Below are positions 29,898 to 40,890 of a stretch of DNA of 64,000 nucleotides, in pieces; within the stretch, counting starts at the first letter, position 1, and each line of letters begins with the position of its first letter. This DNA comes from an uncultured Alistipes sp. GTDB lineage: Bacteria; Bacteroidota; Bacteroidia; Bacteroidales; Rikenellaceae. Location: positions 16,426-80,425 of the forward strand of contig CAJUAV010000003.1 of the NCBI GenBank assembly GCA_910584485.1. Direction: 5' to 3'. Below the pieces are notes generated by a model that was given only the letters and a program-made list of their open reading frames with translations, made no database searches and was not told the DNA's origin. The translations under genes and the position numbers were made by a program.

Positions 29898-32800
29898 ATG
29901 AAACGATTCACCCTTCTGCTCGCGACCCTCGCCGCCCCCCTGCTGCTGCAGGCGGGGGTGCGCGTGGGAACGCTCGAGGTCGAGCAGCGGACCCGTCCGC
30001 TCTCGGTCGAAAACAAGGCGCCCCGCTTGAGCTGGATCATCGACGCGGACGAGCGCGACGTGATGCAGACCGCCTACCACATCCTCGTGGCGACGGATCC
30101 CGCCCTGCTCACCCCCGCCAAAGCCGACCTCTGGAACTCGGAGGTGACCGCCTCGGACCGCTCGGTATGGGTCCCCTACGGCGGTAAGCCCCTGACGAGC
30201 AACCGGCGCTGCTACTGGAAAGTGAAGGTCTACACGACGCAGGGCGAGAGCCCCTGGAGCGAGACGGCCGAGTGGGGCATGGGCCTTCTGGGCGAGACCG
30301 CCTGGGGCGGCCGCTGGATCGGCTGGGACGCCCCCTTCGAGTGGGACAAGGAGGTCGTGCACAGCGAATTGAGCGCCCGCTACCTCCGCACCGAGTTCGA
30401 TGCGAAGAAGCCCGTCAAGCGCGCCACGCTCCACCTCTCGGGCCTCGGCCTCTACGAGCTCTTCATCAACGGCGAGCGCATCGGCGACCAGGTGCTGGCC
30501 CCCGCGCCGACCGACTACCGCCGCACGGTGCTCTACAACTCGTTCGACGTCACGAAGCAGCTCCGCGCCGACCGCAACGCCATCGGCGTCGTGCTGGGCA
30601 ACGGCCGCTACTACACGATGCGGCAGAACTACAAGACGTGGAAGATTCCGCAGTTCGGCTACCCGAAGCTGCGCCTGCACCTGGTCGTCGAGTACGAAGA
30701 CGGCACGCAGCAGCGCATCGTCAGCGACCCCTCGACGTGGCGCCTGACGGCCCGCGGCCCCATCCGCAGCAACAACGAGTACGACGGCGAGACCTACGAC
30801 GCCCGCATGGAGCTGGGCGCGTGGACCGAGGCGGGCTACGACGACTCGCAGTGGCTCGTGCCGCAGCGCGTGGCGGTGCCCGACGGCACGCTGCGCGGCA
30901 ACACCTCCGAGAACATGAAGGTGATGTGCGAGCTGCCCGCCGTGAAGGTCACCCCGTACGGCGACCGCGCGATCGTCGATTTCGGCCAGAACATGGCGGG
31001 CTGGGTGCGCATCAACGTCCGCGACACGCAGCGCGGCGACACGATCCGCATGCGCTACGCCGAGCGGCTCACCGACGAGGGCGACGCCCTCTACGTGCGC
31101 AACCTGCGCGACGCCCGCAGCACCGACACCTACATCGCCGACGGCACGGAGCAGGGACGCCCCTGGAGCGCCCGCTTCTCCTACCACGGCTTCCGCTACA
31201 TCGAGGTGACGGGCCTCAAGAACCCCGCGACGGCCGATTTCACGGCCGAGGTGATCTACGACGACGTGCCCGAGCTCGGTTCGTTCAGCTGCTCGAACGA
31301 GGTCATCAACACCGTCTACCGCAACGCCCGCTGGGGCATCGCCTCGAACTACAAGGGCATGCCCCTCGACTGCCCGCAGCGCAACGAGCGCCAGCCGTGG
31401 CTGGGCGACCACGCCGTGGGTTCGTGGGGCGAAGCCTTCGTCTTCGACTGCGGCAACCTCTACGCCAAGTGGATGGACGACGCCCGCGAGGCGCAGCGCG
31501 AGGACGGCTGCATCCCCGACGTGGTGCCCGCCTTCTGGAACTACTACACGGACGGCATGGTCTGGCAGTCGGTCCTGCCGATCGTCTGCGAAATGCTCTA
31601 CGAGCACAACGGCAACATCGCCCCCATCGTGCGCAACTACGACGCGATGAAAAAGTGGATGGACCACATGCGCGACTGCTACACGGATGCCGACGGCCTC
31701 ATCACGAAGGAGAAGTACGGCGACTGGTGCGTGCCGCCCGAGTCGCCCGAGCTGATCCACAGCCAGGACCCGAGCCGTATCACGAAACCCGCCCTGATCG
31801 CCACGGCCTACTACAGCAAGGTCTCGCGCATGATGGCCCGTTTCGCCGGGATGCTCGGCCGCGACGACGACCGCAAGGATTTCGAGGCGCGCGCCGAAGC
31901 GGCCAAGGAGGCCTTCAACCGCAAGTTCCTCCACGTCGAGGAGGGGAGCTCGCCGACGCGCTACCCCCACCTGCTCTACCCCGACGCGACCTACTACGAC
32001 AACAACACCGTGACGGCCAACCTGCTCGCCGTAGCCTTCGACCTGGTGCCCGAGAAGTACCGCGCGGAGGTCGAGAAGCAGATCGTCAAGAAGATCGTCG
32101 TCGACAACGGCGGCCACATCGGCAGCGGCGTCTGCGGCCAGAACTGGACCCTGCGCCAGCTCGCACGCATGGGACGCGGCGACGTGGCCTACCTGCTCGC
32201 CACCCAAAAGTCCTACCCCAGCTTCGGCTACATGGCCGCACGCGGGGCGACGACCATCTGGGAGCTCTGGAACGGCGACACGGCCAACCCGCAGATGAAC
32301 AGCGGCAATCACGTCATGATGCTCGGCGACTTCATTCCATGGCTCTACCGCGACCTGGCGGGCATCAACCCCGCGGCACCCGCCTACAAGGAGATCCGCC
32401 TCGAACCCGACTTCTCGATCCAGGAGCTCGCCGAGGTCGACGCCTCCTACGCCTCGCTCCACGGCACGATCCGCAGCCGCTACCGCAAGACTCCGATGCA
32501 GCTCGAATGGGACGTCACGGTACCCTGCAACACGGTGGCGACGGTCGTGCTGCCGACGATCGATCGCGAGGCGCTCCGCGACCCCGAGGTGCGCTGCATC
32601 GGCCGCGAGGGCGACAAGACGCTCTGGCGCGTGCCGTCGGGCTCGTACCACTTCTCGGTGAAGATCGATCCCGCGCTCGGCAAGGAGCGCGAAGGGATCC
32701 TCGTCGACGAGTTCCTCTACGAAAAGGCCCCCTTCATCGAATGCCACTCGGCCACGATCGAGGAGCTGCCGAACGGCGACCTGATCGCCGCCTTCTTCGG

Positions 32801-33743
32801 CGGCACGAAGGAGCGCAACCCCGACGTCTGCATCTGGACCTGCACGAAGAAGAAGGGCAGCGACCGCTGGTCGGCCCCCAAGCAGGTGGCCGACGGCATC
32901 CAGAACGACACGCTGCGCTACGCCTGCTGGAACCCGATCCTCTTCCAGGTGCCCGAGAAGAACGGCGAGCTGTGGCTCTTCTACAAGGTCGGCCCCAACG
33001 TGGCGGGCTGGAAGGGCTACCTCATCCGCTCGAAAAACGGCGGCAAGACGTGGTCGAAACCCGAGCTGATGCCCGAAGGCTTCCTCGGCCCCGCCAAGAA
33101 CAAGCCGGTCTACCTCGACGGGCGCATCCTCTGCCCCGCCTCGACCGAGGGGAGCCACTGGGACTGCCACTTCGAGTACACGGACGACCTGGGCAAGACA
33201 TGGCACCGCACCCCGTCGCTCGACGCGGAGCTGAACGTACCGACGAAGGATCGCCCGCTCGTCGAAAAGCGCGCCGACATCGGCAAGGTCCCCTACGACC
33301 GAACGAAGGCGAAGCGCATCTACGCCATCCAGCCGACGATCCTCAAGCTCGCCGACGGACGGCTCCAGATGCTCTGCCGCACGCGCAACGGCAAGACGGG
33401 CACCGCCTTTTCGAGCGACCGCGGCACGACCTGGAGCAAAATGACGCTGCTCGATCTGGAGAACAACCAGTCGGGAATCGACGCCGTGACGCTCAAAGAC
33501 GGCCGCCACGTCTTGATCTACAACAATTTCGAGACGCTCGACGGCACGCCGAAGGGAGTTCGCACGCCCCTCTCGATCGCCGTGTCGGAGGACGGCACCG
33601 CGTGGCGCCACCTGCTGACGCTCGAAGCGAGCCCCGTCAACCAGTACTCCTACCCGAGCATCATCCAGGCCGAGGACGGCACGCTGCATGCGATCTACAC
33701 GTGGCGCCGCCGCCGTATCAAGCACATGCAGATCAAGCTGTAA
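29898..33743 (+). CDS. GH78 alpha-L-rhamnosidase fused to a GH33/BNR sialidase-like (Kdo hydrolase) domain (BT1013-like)
   Basis: GH78 motifs DCPQRNERQPWLGD and GATTIWELWNG; C-terminal BNR Asp-boxes SKNGGKTWS, TDDLGKTW, SSDRGTTWS; YSYPSII. Confidence 0.88.
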   Translation: MKRFTLLLATLAAPLLLQAGVRVGTLEVEQRTRPLSVENKAPRLSWIIDADERDVMQTAYHILVATDPALLTPAKADLWNSEVTASDRSVWVPYGGKPLTSNRRCYWKVKVYTTQGESPWSETAEWGMGLLGETAWGGRWIGWDAPFEWDKEVVHSELSARYLRTEFDAKKPVKRATLHLSGLGLYELFINGERIGDQVLAPAPTDYRRTVLYNSFDVTKQLRADRNAIGVVLGNGRYYTMRQNYKTWKIPQFGYPKLRLHLVVEYEDGTQQRIVSDPSTWRLTARGPIRSNNEYDGETYDARMELGAWTEAGYDDSQWLVPQRVAVPDGTLRGNTSENMKVMCELPAVKVTPYGDRAIVDFGQNMAGWVRINVRDTQRGDTIRMRYAERLTDEGDALYVRNLRDARSTDTYIADGTEQGRPWSARFSYHGFRYIEVTGLKNPATADFTAEVIYDDVPELGSFSCSNEVINTVYRNARWGIASNYKGMPLDCPQRNERQPWLGDHAVGSWGEAFVFDCGNLYAKWMDDAREAQREDGCIPDVVPAFWNYYTDGMVWQSVLPIVCEMLYEHNGNIAPIVRNYDAMKKWMDHMRDCYTDADGLITKEKYGDWCVPPESPELIHSQDPSRITKPALIATAYYSKVSRMMARFAGMLGRDDDRKDFEARAEAAKEAFNRKFLHVEEGSSPTRYPHLLYPDATYYDNNTVTANLLAVAFDLVPEKYRAEVEKQIVKKIVVDNGGHIGSGVCGQNWTLRQLARMGRGDVAYLLATQKSYPSFGYMAARGATTIWELWNGDTANPQMNSGNHVMMLGDFIPWLYRDLAGINPAAPAYKEIRLEPDFSIQELAEVDASYASLHGTIRSRYRKTPMQLEWDVTVPCNTVATVVLPTIDREALRDPEVRCIGREGDKTLWRVPSGSYHFSVKIDPALGKEREGILVDEFLYEKAPFIECHSATIEELPNGDLIAAFFGGTKERNPDVCIWTCTKKKGSDRWSAPKQVADGIQNDTLRYACWNPILFQVPEKNGELWLFYKVGPNVAGWKGYLIRSKNGGKTWSKPELMPEGFLGPAKNKPVYLDGRILCPASTEGSHWDCHFEYTDDLGKTWHRTPSLDAELNVPTKDRPLVEKRADIGKVPYDRTKAKRIYAIQPTILKLADGRLQMLCRTRNGKTGTAFSSDRGTTWSKMTLLDLENNQSGIDAVTLKDGRHVLIYNNFETLDGTPKGVRTPLSIAVSEDGTAWRHLLTLEASPVNQYSYPSIIQAEDGTLHAIYTWRRRRIKHMQIKL

Positions 33744-33776
33744 ATCCCTTCGCAGCGAGCGCTGCCCGATGACGAC

Positions 33777-33815
33777 GAGAGCCGCCCCCTTCGCAGGGGC
33801 GGCTCTCGCTCTTTA
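33777..33815 (+). terminator. Probable intrinsic terminator after the GH78-GH33 gene
   Basis: 12-bp stem gagagccgcccc/ggggcggctctc followed by gctcttt (weak U tail). Confidence 0.55.
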
Positions 33816-33844
33816 TGGGTTGCCGTAAAAATTCGATCGCGCGG

Positions 33845-34395
33845 CGGTCGGCGGGGCGCAGCCGCCCCCTGTGGGAGTGAAAATCGCACGGATGTGCGGC
33901 GGGCCGAAGGCTTCGTCCCGAGAAACGATGGCCGAACGGCTTCGACCTCGCAGAGGTCGGCGGGCCGCAGCTTTCGGCGGCGAAGGCCCGCAACTCTTGC
34001 GCGTGCGGGCGCTTCGCAAGCTGCGTCCCGAACACGCATCGCACGCAAGTGCGGCGCTCCGCAGGCTTCAACCCGAACAAACAAGCACGCTTTAGCGTGG
34101 CAGCCCGCAGCCGCCCCCCGGCGGAGGGCTGCTTCTCGCGTCCGCTCGTTGCAGGCCCCTCCGCTCGGCTGCGGGCCGATCCCCGATCGCGCGCAGTACA
34201 GCAGGCTTCGCCCCGAAGAAAAGATCGCGCCACAGGCGCGTGCCGTTCGCCGCCGCCCCATGCGGCTGAACGGCAAGCCTCGCCCGCAGGCTCGATGCCG
34301 TCCTGCCGCCGTCGGCGAACGTCCGCAAAATCGGACTCGGCTGCGGGCCTCGCACGCCGTGCGGCGGATCGGCCCCGCAAGCTCCGACCTGCGTA
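33845..34395. repeat. Mosaic intergenic element E5 (reverse orientation; between the convergent GH78-GH33 gene and ftsW)
   Basis: Reverse complements of pairs 1, 3 and 4, plus partial pair 2 modules. Confidence 0.88.
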
Positions 34396-34406
34396 AACGC
34401 CGCCCA

Positions 34407-35804
34407 CTACCGTTCGTAGAGGCTCTCCCCCTTCGGGCGGTCGTGCGACTGTTCGTCGTTCTGGCGGCTGACGCTCAAGATCATCCCCAGCGCCACGGCC
34501 GTGAAGAGGGTCGAGGAGCCGCCGCGCGAAATGAGCGGCAGCGTCTGCCCCGTCTCGGGGATGAGGTTCACCGTCACCATGACGTGCAGCAGCGCCTGGC
34601 AGGTAATCAGCAGCGCCAGTCCCAGCACGAGGAGCCCCGGGAAAGCGGTGCCGCATCGTCGGAAGATCTCGATGGCGCGGAAGAAGATCCACAGGTAGAG
34701 CATCATGAGCGCCACGGCGAGCAGCATGCCGTACTCCTCGACGAAGAAGGCGAAGGCGTAGTCGCTCTCGGGGTGGATCATCTCGACGCGCATGGCGCTC
34801 TGCCCCGCCCCCTCGCCGAGGATGCCGCCGTTGCGGATGGCGATCATCGAGCGTTCGGTATCGGTCAGCAGGTCGAGCGGCTTGTGGTCCTGCGGCAGCA
34901 CCCAGAGGCGCACCCAGGTCGAGAAACGCCCCTCGGCGGTCTCGCTGCGCCCCAGGTTGAGGGTCATCAGGAGCAGAAAGGCGGCGACGGCCCAGCCGAA
35001 GAGCTTGAAAAGCTCGCGCGACCGCACGCGGCCGATGAGCATCATGACCCACGTCGCCAGAAAGAGCAGCGCCGACGAGGAGGTGTGGGCGGGGAGAATC
35101 ACGGCGCAGGCGACCAGCACGGGGAGCAGGATCGGATAGGTCCCCTCGGCCCAGATGCGCCGCTGCTCGCGGTCCGTGCGCCACGTCCAGAAGCGCCACG
35201 AGGGGACGATGCGGATGCGGTCGATCTTCGTCTGCCGCGCCGCCAGCTGGGCCGCCAGGAACAGCACGGTGGCCACCTTCAGCGCCTCGGAGGGTTGGAA
35301 CTGGATCGGACCGATCGGGATCCAGCGGGCGGCGCCGTTGGTCGTGGCGCCGATGAAGTAGACCGCCATCGTGAGCAGCACGCTCGCGTAGTAGACCCAC
35401 CGCGCAGCGGCGTGGTAGAAGCGGCTGTTCATGCGCTGTACGATCACCATCACGCCGAGGCTGAAGAAGAGGATCAGCAGCTGCTGCCGCAGGAAATGGG
35501 CCGTCGAGCGCATCGTGTGGGCATCGTAGGCCATCTTGGCCGTCGACGAATAGACGACCAGCACCGAGACCGTCGCCAGCACGAAGACGATCACCCACAG
35601 CACGCGGTCGCCCGTGAGCCACCGACGCGTCGGGCCGGCGGCCGGTTGTCGGGCGGCCGAACGGGGTCGCGGAGAGCCCGTATGCGCTCCCCCCGCTTGC
35701 ACGAAGTCCTCCTGCGAGGAGCCCGCCCGCATGGCTTCGTCGCGGGCCGATCCCCGCTGCGCCGCCTGTTCCGCTGCGGCCGCCGCCGCTCGTTCCGCCG
35801 TCAT
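34407..35804 (-). CDS. ftsW: SEDS family cell division protein FtsW (with low-complexity N-terminal extension)
   Basis: GAARWIPIGPIQFQPSEALK, ESDYAFA, GQTLPLISRGGSS; follows murD. Confidence 0.9.
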   Translation of the reverse strand: MTAERAAAAAAEQAAQRGSARDEAMRAGSSQEDFVQAGGAHTGSPRPRSAARQPAAGPTRRWLTGDRVLWVIVFVLATVSVLVVYSSTAKMAYDAHTMRSTAHFLRQQLLILFFSLGVMVIVQRMNSRFYHAAARWVYYASVLLTMAVYFIGATTNGAARWIPIGPIQFQPSEALKVATVLFLAAQLAARQTKIDRIRIVPSWRFWTWRTDREQRRIWAEGTYPILLPVLVACAVILPAHTSSSALLFLATWVMMLIGRVRSRELFKLFGWAVAAFLLLMTLNLGRSETAEGRFSTWVRLWVLPQDHKPLDLLTDTERSMIAIRNGGILGEGAGQSAMRVEMIHPESDYAFAFFVEEYGMLLAVALMMLYLWIFFRAIEIFRRCGTAFPGLLVLGLALLITCQALLHVMVTVNLIPETGQTLPLISRGGSSTLFTAVALGMILSVSRQNDEQSHDRPKGESLYER

Positions 35805-35810
35805 CGCAGG

Positions 35811-37259
35811 TCAGGCATTGGCGGCGACCCACTCCTTGAAGCAGGCGCCGCGGTGTTCGTAGTTCTTGAAGAGGTCGAAGCTGGCGCAGGCGGGCGAGAG
35901 CAGCACCGCATCGCCCCGACGAGCCGCACGGCGCGCCGCCGTCATCGCCTCGTCGAGCGACGAGGTCGAAATCACCTCGGGGACCACCCCCGTAAATTCA
36001 CGCACGAGCTTCGCGTTGTCGAGCCCCATGCAGACGAGCGTGCGGACCTTTGCGCGGGCGAAGGCCTTCAGGGGCTCGTAGTCGTTGCCCTTGTCCGTGC
36101 CCCCCGCGATCCAGACCACGGGGCGCGTCATGCTCTCGAGGGCGTACCACACCGAATCGACGTTCGTCGCCTTCGAGTCGTTGATCCAGAGCACCCCCTC
36201 CTTCTCGGCGACGGGCTCCAGACGATGTTCGACGGGGTCGAACGCACAGATCGAGCGGCGGATCGACGCCTCGTCGACCCCCGCGGCGAGGGCCGCCAGG
36301 GCCGCCGCCATCGCGTTGTAGGCGTTGTGGAGGCCGCAAATGCGCATGCAGGCCGTGTCGAGGGTCACGCAGCGGTCGCCGAGACGCGCCGTGAAGCACC
36401 CCCCGTCGAGGCGGGCGCCGTCGGCAGCCGCGGCCGTCGATGCAGAGGCAGCGTCCGAGGTCGTCCCGACCGTTGCAGCCGCTTCATCCGCCGAGGCAGG
36501 GGCTTCCGAGGCCGCGGTTGTCGAGGCCGCCCCCGCGCGTGCCGTGAAGGGGAGCAGCCGCTGCCGCAGGTCGTATTTCGGGAGCTCGCCCGCGATCACG
36601 GGATCGTCGCCCGAGAAGACGAAGGCGTCGGCGGGGAGCTGGTTGCGCGTGATGCGCATCTTCGAGTCGACGTAGTTCTGAAAACAGTGGTCGTAGCGGT
36701 CGAGGTGGTCGGGCGTGATGTTCATCAGAACCCCGACGTCGACGCGGAAATCGTACATGCCGTCGAGCTGGAAGGAGCTCAATTCGAGCACGTACCAGTC
36801 ATAGGAGCCCGTCGCGACCGAATAGGCGAAGCTCTCGCCGATGTTGCCGCCGAGGGCGACGTTGAAGCCCGCATCACGCAGGATTTTGTAAACGAGCGAC
36901 GTGGTGGTCGTCTTGCCGTTCGACCCCGTGACGCAGATGCAGCGGGCGCCGTCGAGGTAGCGCCCCGCAAACTCGATCTCGGAGACGACGGGAATGCCCG
37001 CGGCGCGGATCCGCCGCACGATGGGGGCCGACTCGGGGATGCCGGGCGACTTGACCACCTCCGAGGCGGCGAGAATGCGCGCCTCGTCGTGGGAACCCTC
37101 CTCGTAGGGAACCTCCCACTCCTCCAGTTTTGCTTTGTAGCGGTCGGCGATCCTCCCCCGATCGGAAAGGAAGACGTCGAAACCCTCTTTTTTGGCCAGA
37201 ATCGCCGAGCCGTAGCCGCTGATTCCGCCGCCCAGAACGACGAGCTTGTTGCGTGTCAT
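35811..37259 (-). CDS. murD: UDP-N-acetylmuramoyl-L-alanine--D-glutamate ligase
   Basis: GGGISG, VKSPGIP, TGSNGKTTT, ELSSFQL, NDSKATN, LSPACASFD. Confidence 0.95.
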   Translation of the reverse strand: MTRNKLVVLGGGISGYGSAILAKKEGFDVFLSDRGRIADRYKAKLEEWEVPYEEGSHDEARILAASEVVKSPGIPESAPIVRRIRAAGIPVVSEIEFAGRYLDGARCICVTGSNGKTTTTSLVYKILRDAGFNVALGGNIGESFAYSVATGSYDWYVLELSSFQLDGMYDFRVDVGVLMNITPDHLDRYDHCFQNYVDSKMRITRNQLPADAFVFSGDDPVIAGELPKYDLRQRLLPFTARAGAASTTAASEAPASADEAAATVGTTSDAASASTAAAADGARLDGGCFTARLGDRCVTLDTACMRICGLHNAYNAMAAALAALAAGVDEASIRRSICAFDPVEHRLEPVAEKEGVLWINDSKATNVDSVWYALESMTRPVVWIAGGTDKGNDYEPLKAFARAKVRTLVCMGLDNAKLVREFTGVVPEVISTSSLDEAMTAARRAARRGDAVLLSPACASFDLFKNYEHRGACFKEWVAANA

Positions 37260-37281
37260 GACGGATGTGTGTGTTTGTCGG

Positions 37282-38526
37282 TTATCGGATCTTGAGCGTC
37301 GCGAGCGTGATGGCCGCCAGCAGCAGCGAGAAGATCCAGAAACGAAGGACGATCTTCGTTTCGTAGATGTTCTTTTTCTGGTAGTGGTGGTGCAGGGGCG
37401 ACATGAGGAAGATGCGCCGCCCCTCGCCGAAGCGCTTTTTGGTGTACTTGAAATAGCTGACCTGCAACATCACCGAGAGCGACTCGACGAGGAAGATGCC
37501 GCACAGCAGCGGCAGCAGCAGCTCCTTGCGGATGCAGAGGGCGAAGACGGCGATGATGCCGCCGATCGAGAGCGACCCCGTGTCGCCCATGAAGATCTGC
37601 GCGGGGTAGGAGTTGTACCAGAGGAATCCGACCAGCGCGCCGATCATCGCCGAGGCGAAGACGAGCAGTTCGCCGCTGTCGGGGATGTACATGATGTTGA
37701 GGAAGGGGGCGTAGACGACGTGGCCCGAGAGGTAGGCCAACACGCCGAGCACCATGACGATCGGCACCGAGACGCCCGTGGCGAGGCCGTCGAGGCCGTC
37801 CGTGAGGTTGGCGCCGTTCGAAACGGCCGTCACGACGAAGATCGCCACCAGCACGTAGAGGAGCCACGCCGCCGTGCGGTTGCCCCCCGTGAACCAGGCA
37901 TAGTCGAGTTCGTTGTTCTTGTTGAAGGGGATCGTCGTATTGGGGTTCTTCGTCTGCTCGGCCTTCACGACGATCGTCTGCCGCAGCTCGTCGACCACCT
38001 CGCCGCTCTCGTCGACGACGAGCGTCTCGACGGGCTGCACCGTGCGCTCGCTCACCACGATGTCGGGCGAAAGCCACATCGTCGTGCCGACAATCAGCCC
38101 GAGCCCTACCTGCCCCACGATCTTGAAGCTCCCCTTGAGCCCCTCCTTGCGGTGGCGGAAGACCTTGATGTAGTCGTCCAGCCCGCCGATGAGCCCCAGC
38201 CAGACGGTCGAAACGATCATCAGACGGACGTAGACGTTGTCCAGACGGCCGAACAGCAGCGTCGGCACGAGGATCGAGAGCAGGATGATGATGCCGCCCA
38301 TCGTGGGGGTGCCCCGCTTGGCGAGCTGCCCCTCCAGGCCGAGGTCGCGGATCTCCTCGCCGATCTGCTTGCGGCGCAGGAAATCGATGATCGAACGGCC
38401 GAAGATGATGGCGATCAGCAGCGCCGCGATGACCGCCGCGGCCGAGCGGAAGGAGATGTAGTGGAACATGCCCGAGCCGGGGAGGTCGTAGACATTGTCC
38501 AGGTACTTGAACAGGTGGTAAAGCAT
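37282..38526 (-). CDS. mraY: Phospho-N-acetylmuramoyl-pentapeptide transferase
   Basis: [42 protein letters not shown]. Confidence 0.95.
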   Translation of the reverse strand: MLYHLFKYLDNVYDLPGSGMFHYISFRSAAAVIAALLIAIIFGRSIIDFLRRKQIGEEIRDLGLEGQLAKRGTPTMGGIIILLSILVPTLLFGRLDNVYVRLMIVSTVWLGLIGGLDDYIKVFRHRKEGLKGSFKIVGQVGLGLIVGTTMWLSPDIVVSERTVQPVETLVVDESGEVVDELRQTIVVKAEQTKNPNTTIPFNKNNELDYAWFTGGNRTAAWLLYVLVAIFVVTAVSNGANLTDGLDGLATGVSVPIVMVLGVLAYLSGHVVYAPFLNIMYIPDSGELLVFASAMIGALVGFLWYNSYPAQIFMGDTGSLSIGGIIAVFALCIRKELLLPLLCGIFLVESLSVMLQVSYFKYTKKRFGEGRRIFLMSPLHHHYQKKNIYETKIVLRFWIFSLLLAAITLATLKIR

Positions 38527-38639
38527 GGTTGTTTCTTCGTTTGTTGCTTGTTTCTTCTTTTTTTAACGGCGGGCGGCGGGGCGGGAGGAGACTGCGGAGC
38601 GCGATCCGCATTCGGTCCGAGAGCCGACGTCTCTCTGCC

Positions 38640-38822
38640 CGGGTCGGAGCCTGCGGAGCGCACGCAGCGAGCGTCCGCGAACTGCGGGCCTCCGCCGCCG
38701 GAGGCTTCGGCCCGCCGCGCTTGCAGCGCGATCACCGTTCAGCACGCACTCGCAAAGCGTTGCGAGCCTTCGCCGAGCGAAGCTTCGGCCCGACGCCGCC
38801 TCCTAATTTTTCATTTTCAACT
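38640..38822. repeat. Mosaic intergenic element E6 (murE-mraY gap; short heptamer array overlapping the murE stop)
   Basis: gagcctgcggagcgcacgc..tgcgggcctccgccgccggaggcttcggcccgccg; ctaatttttcattttcaa. Confidence 0.85.
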
Positions 38823-40269
38823 CGGCGAACGCCCTCCTCACCTCCTCGCGATCGTCGAAATGACGTTTTTCGTCGCCGACGATCTGGTAGGTTTCGTGAC
38901 CCTTGCCCGCGATAAGCAGCATATCGCCCGCACGGGTCAGCAGGACGGCCGTACGGATGGCCGTCGCGCGATCGGCGATCCGCAGGCAGCGCACCGAGGG
39001 GTCGAGCCCCGCGGTCATCTCGTCGAGAATCGCCTCGGGGTCCTCGTGGCGCGGGTTGTCGGAGGTAAAGACCGCCGTCGTGGCGTGCGATGCGGCGATG
39101 CGCGCCATCTCGGGGCGTTTCGTGCGGTCGCGGTCACCGCCGCAGCCGCAGACGACGACGAGCTGCCGATCCTGCGTGCGGATCTCCTCGATCGTTCGCA
39201 GCACGTTCTCCAGCGCATCGGGCGTATGGGCGTAGTCGACCACGGCGATCGTGCCGTCGGCGGCGCGGATGCACTCGAAGCGGCCGCTCACCGCCCCCAG
39301 CGCGCTCAAAGCGGCCAGCACCTCCGAACGATCGAGCCCCAGGAGGAGGGCCGTTCCGTAGACCGTCGCGATGTTGTAGGCGTTGAAACGGCCCGTGAGG
39401 TGCACCCACACCTCCTGTCCGTCGAGCAGCAGCTGCATGCCGTCGAGGTGCATTTCGAGGATGCGGCACCGCACATCGGCCATCTCGCGCAGCGAAAGGG
39501 TCTTCACCCGCGCCGCCGTGTTCTGCACCATGACGCGGCCGTTGCGGTCGTCGATGTTGACCAGCGCAAAGGCCGAAGCGGGCAGCGCATCGAAAAAGCC
39601 CTTCTTGGCCCGCAGGTACTCGGCGAAGGTCTTGTGGTAGTCGAGGTGGTCGTGCGTGAGGTTCGAGAAGAGCCCTCCCGCGAACCGAAGGCCGCGCGTG
39701 CGCTGCTGGACGATGGCGTGCGACGAGCACTCCATGAAGCAGTAGTCGCACCCCGCCTCGACCATCGCGCGGATCATCGCGTTCAGACGGATCGCATCGG
39801 GGGTGGTGTGGGTCGCCTCGACCGTGCGGTCGTCGATGCGGTAGACCACCGTCGAAATCAGCCCCGCACGGTAGCCGAGGGCGCGCACCAGCTCGTAGAG
39901 GAGCGTGGCGGTGGTCGTCTTGCCGTTCGTGCCCGTGATCCCCACGAGCTTCAGCTCGCGGCTCGGGTGGTCGTAGAAGGCGGCGGCCATGTCGGCCAGC
40001 GCCGCCTGCACGTCGTCGACCTCGACGTAGGTCACCGCGTCGCACCGCTCGGCGGGCAGACGGCGGCAGACCACCGCCGAAGCGCCCCCCGCCACGGCGG
40101 CAGGGATGAAGTCGTGGCCGTCGCAGCGGACCCCCTCCACGGCGAAGAAGCAGCAGCCCGCCGTCACCGTGCGCGAGTCGTAGGTAAGCGCCGCGACGGG
40201 CACCTCCAGCGATCCGTGCACCGCGCGGGGGGCGCAGTGGGCCAGCAGTTCGGATAATCGTTTCGTCAT
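38803..40269 (-). CDS. murE: UDP-MurNAc-L-Ala-D-Glu--meso-diaminopimelate ligase
   Basis: Start MTKRLSELL at 40269; TGTNGKTT, NLTHDHLDYH, DYAHTPDA, DNPR (mDAP specificity), GKGHETYQ. Ends AELKMKN*. Confidence 0.95.
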   Translation of the reverse strand: MTKRLSELLAHCAPRAVHGSLEVPVAALTYDSRTVTAGCCFFAVEGVRCDGHDFIPAAVAGGASAVVCRRLPAERCDAVTYVEVDDVQAALADMAAAFYDHPSRELKLVGITGTNGKTTTATLLYELVRALGYRAGLISTVVYRIDDRTVEATHTTPDAIRLNAMIRAMVEAGCDYCFMECSSHAIVQQRTRGLRFAGGLFSNLTHDHLDYHKTFAEYLRAKKGFFDALPASAFALVNIDDRNGRVMVQNTAARVKTLSLREMADVRCRILEMHLDGMQLLLDGQEVWVHLTGRFNAYNIATVYGTALLLGLDRSEVLAALSALGAVSGRFECIRAADGTIAVVDYAHTPDALENVLRTIEEIRTQDRQLVVVCGCGGDRDRTKRPEMARIAASHATTAVFTSDNPRHEDPEAILDEMTAGLDPSVRCLRIADRATAIRTAVLLTRAGDMLLIAGKGHETYQIVGDEKRHFDDREEVRRAFAELKMKN

Positions 40270-40307
40270 ATCGTTGTTCGTTTCGTGTTTCGTCGGTGCG
40301 GGCGGGG

Positions 40308-40890
40308 CGAAGCCTGCGGGGCACACATGTTTGCCAAAACTGCGGGCCTTCAGTATGCGGAGGCTTCAGCTCGCCGCACTTGCGTGCGATGCGTGTTCGG
40401 GACGCAGCTTGCGAAGGGACGCGGCATGCGGGCCTAAAGCAGGGGCGAAGCTGCGGCCCGCCGACCTTTGCAAGGTCGAAACCCTTCGGCAGCGGATTGC
40501 GGCCTGCGACGAGCGCTCGCGAGAAGCAGCCCTCCGCCAGGGAGCGGCTGCGGGCTGCCGATGGCTATGCCATCGCGGCCAAACGGCCCGCCGATCCCGC
40601 GCGGGATCGTTCGCCGACGGCGGCAGGACGGCATCGAGCGGCCTGTCGCGAGGTTTGCCGTCCGCCGCATGGGGCGGCGGCGAACGGCACGCGCTGAAGC
40701 GCGGACTCATTCGGGGCACAGCCTGCGGAGCGCGCGATCGACAGATGCGGGCCTCCGCTGCGGGAGGCTTCGGCCCGCCGATGGCTACGCCATCGAGCCG
40801 TTCGGTGTGCGATGACGCACGACAGCCCACCGATCCCTCGCGCAATTTCCCCCCCCCTAATTTTTCATTTTTAATTCTTAATTTTTCATC
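40308..40890. repeat. Mosaic intergenic element E7 (ftsI-murE gap; heptamer array 40858-40889)
   Basis: Pairs 2, 1, the pair-3 hairpin, 4 and 2, in series. Confidence 0.9.
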
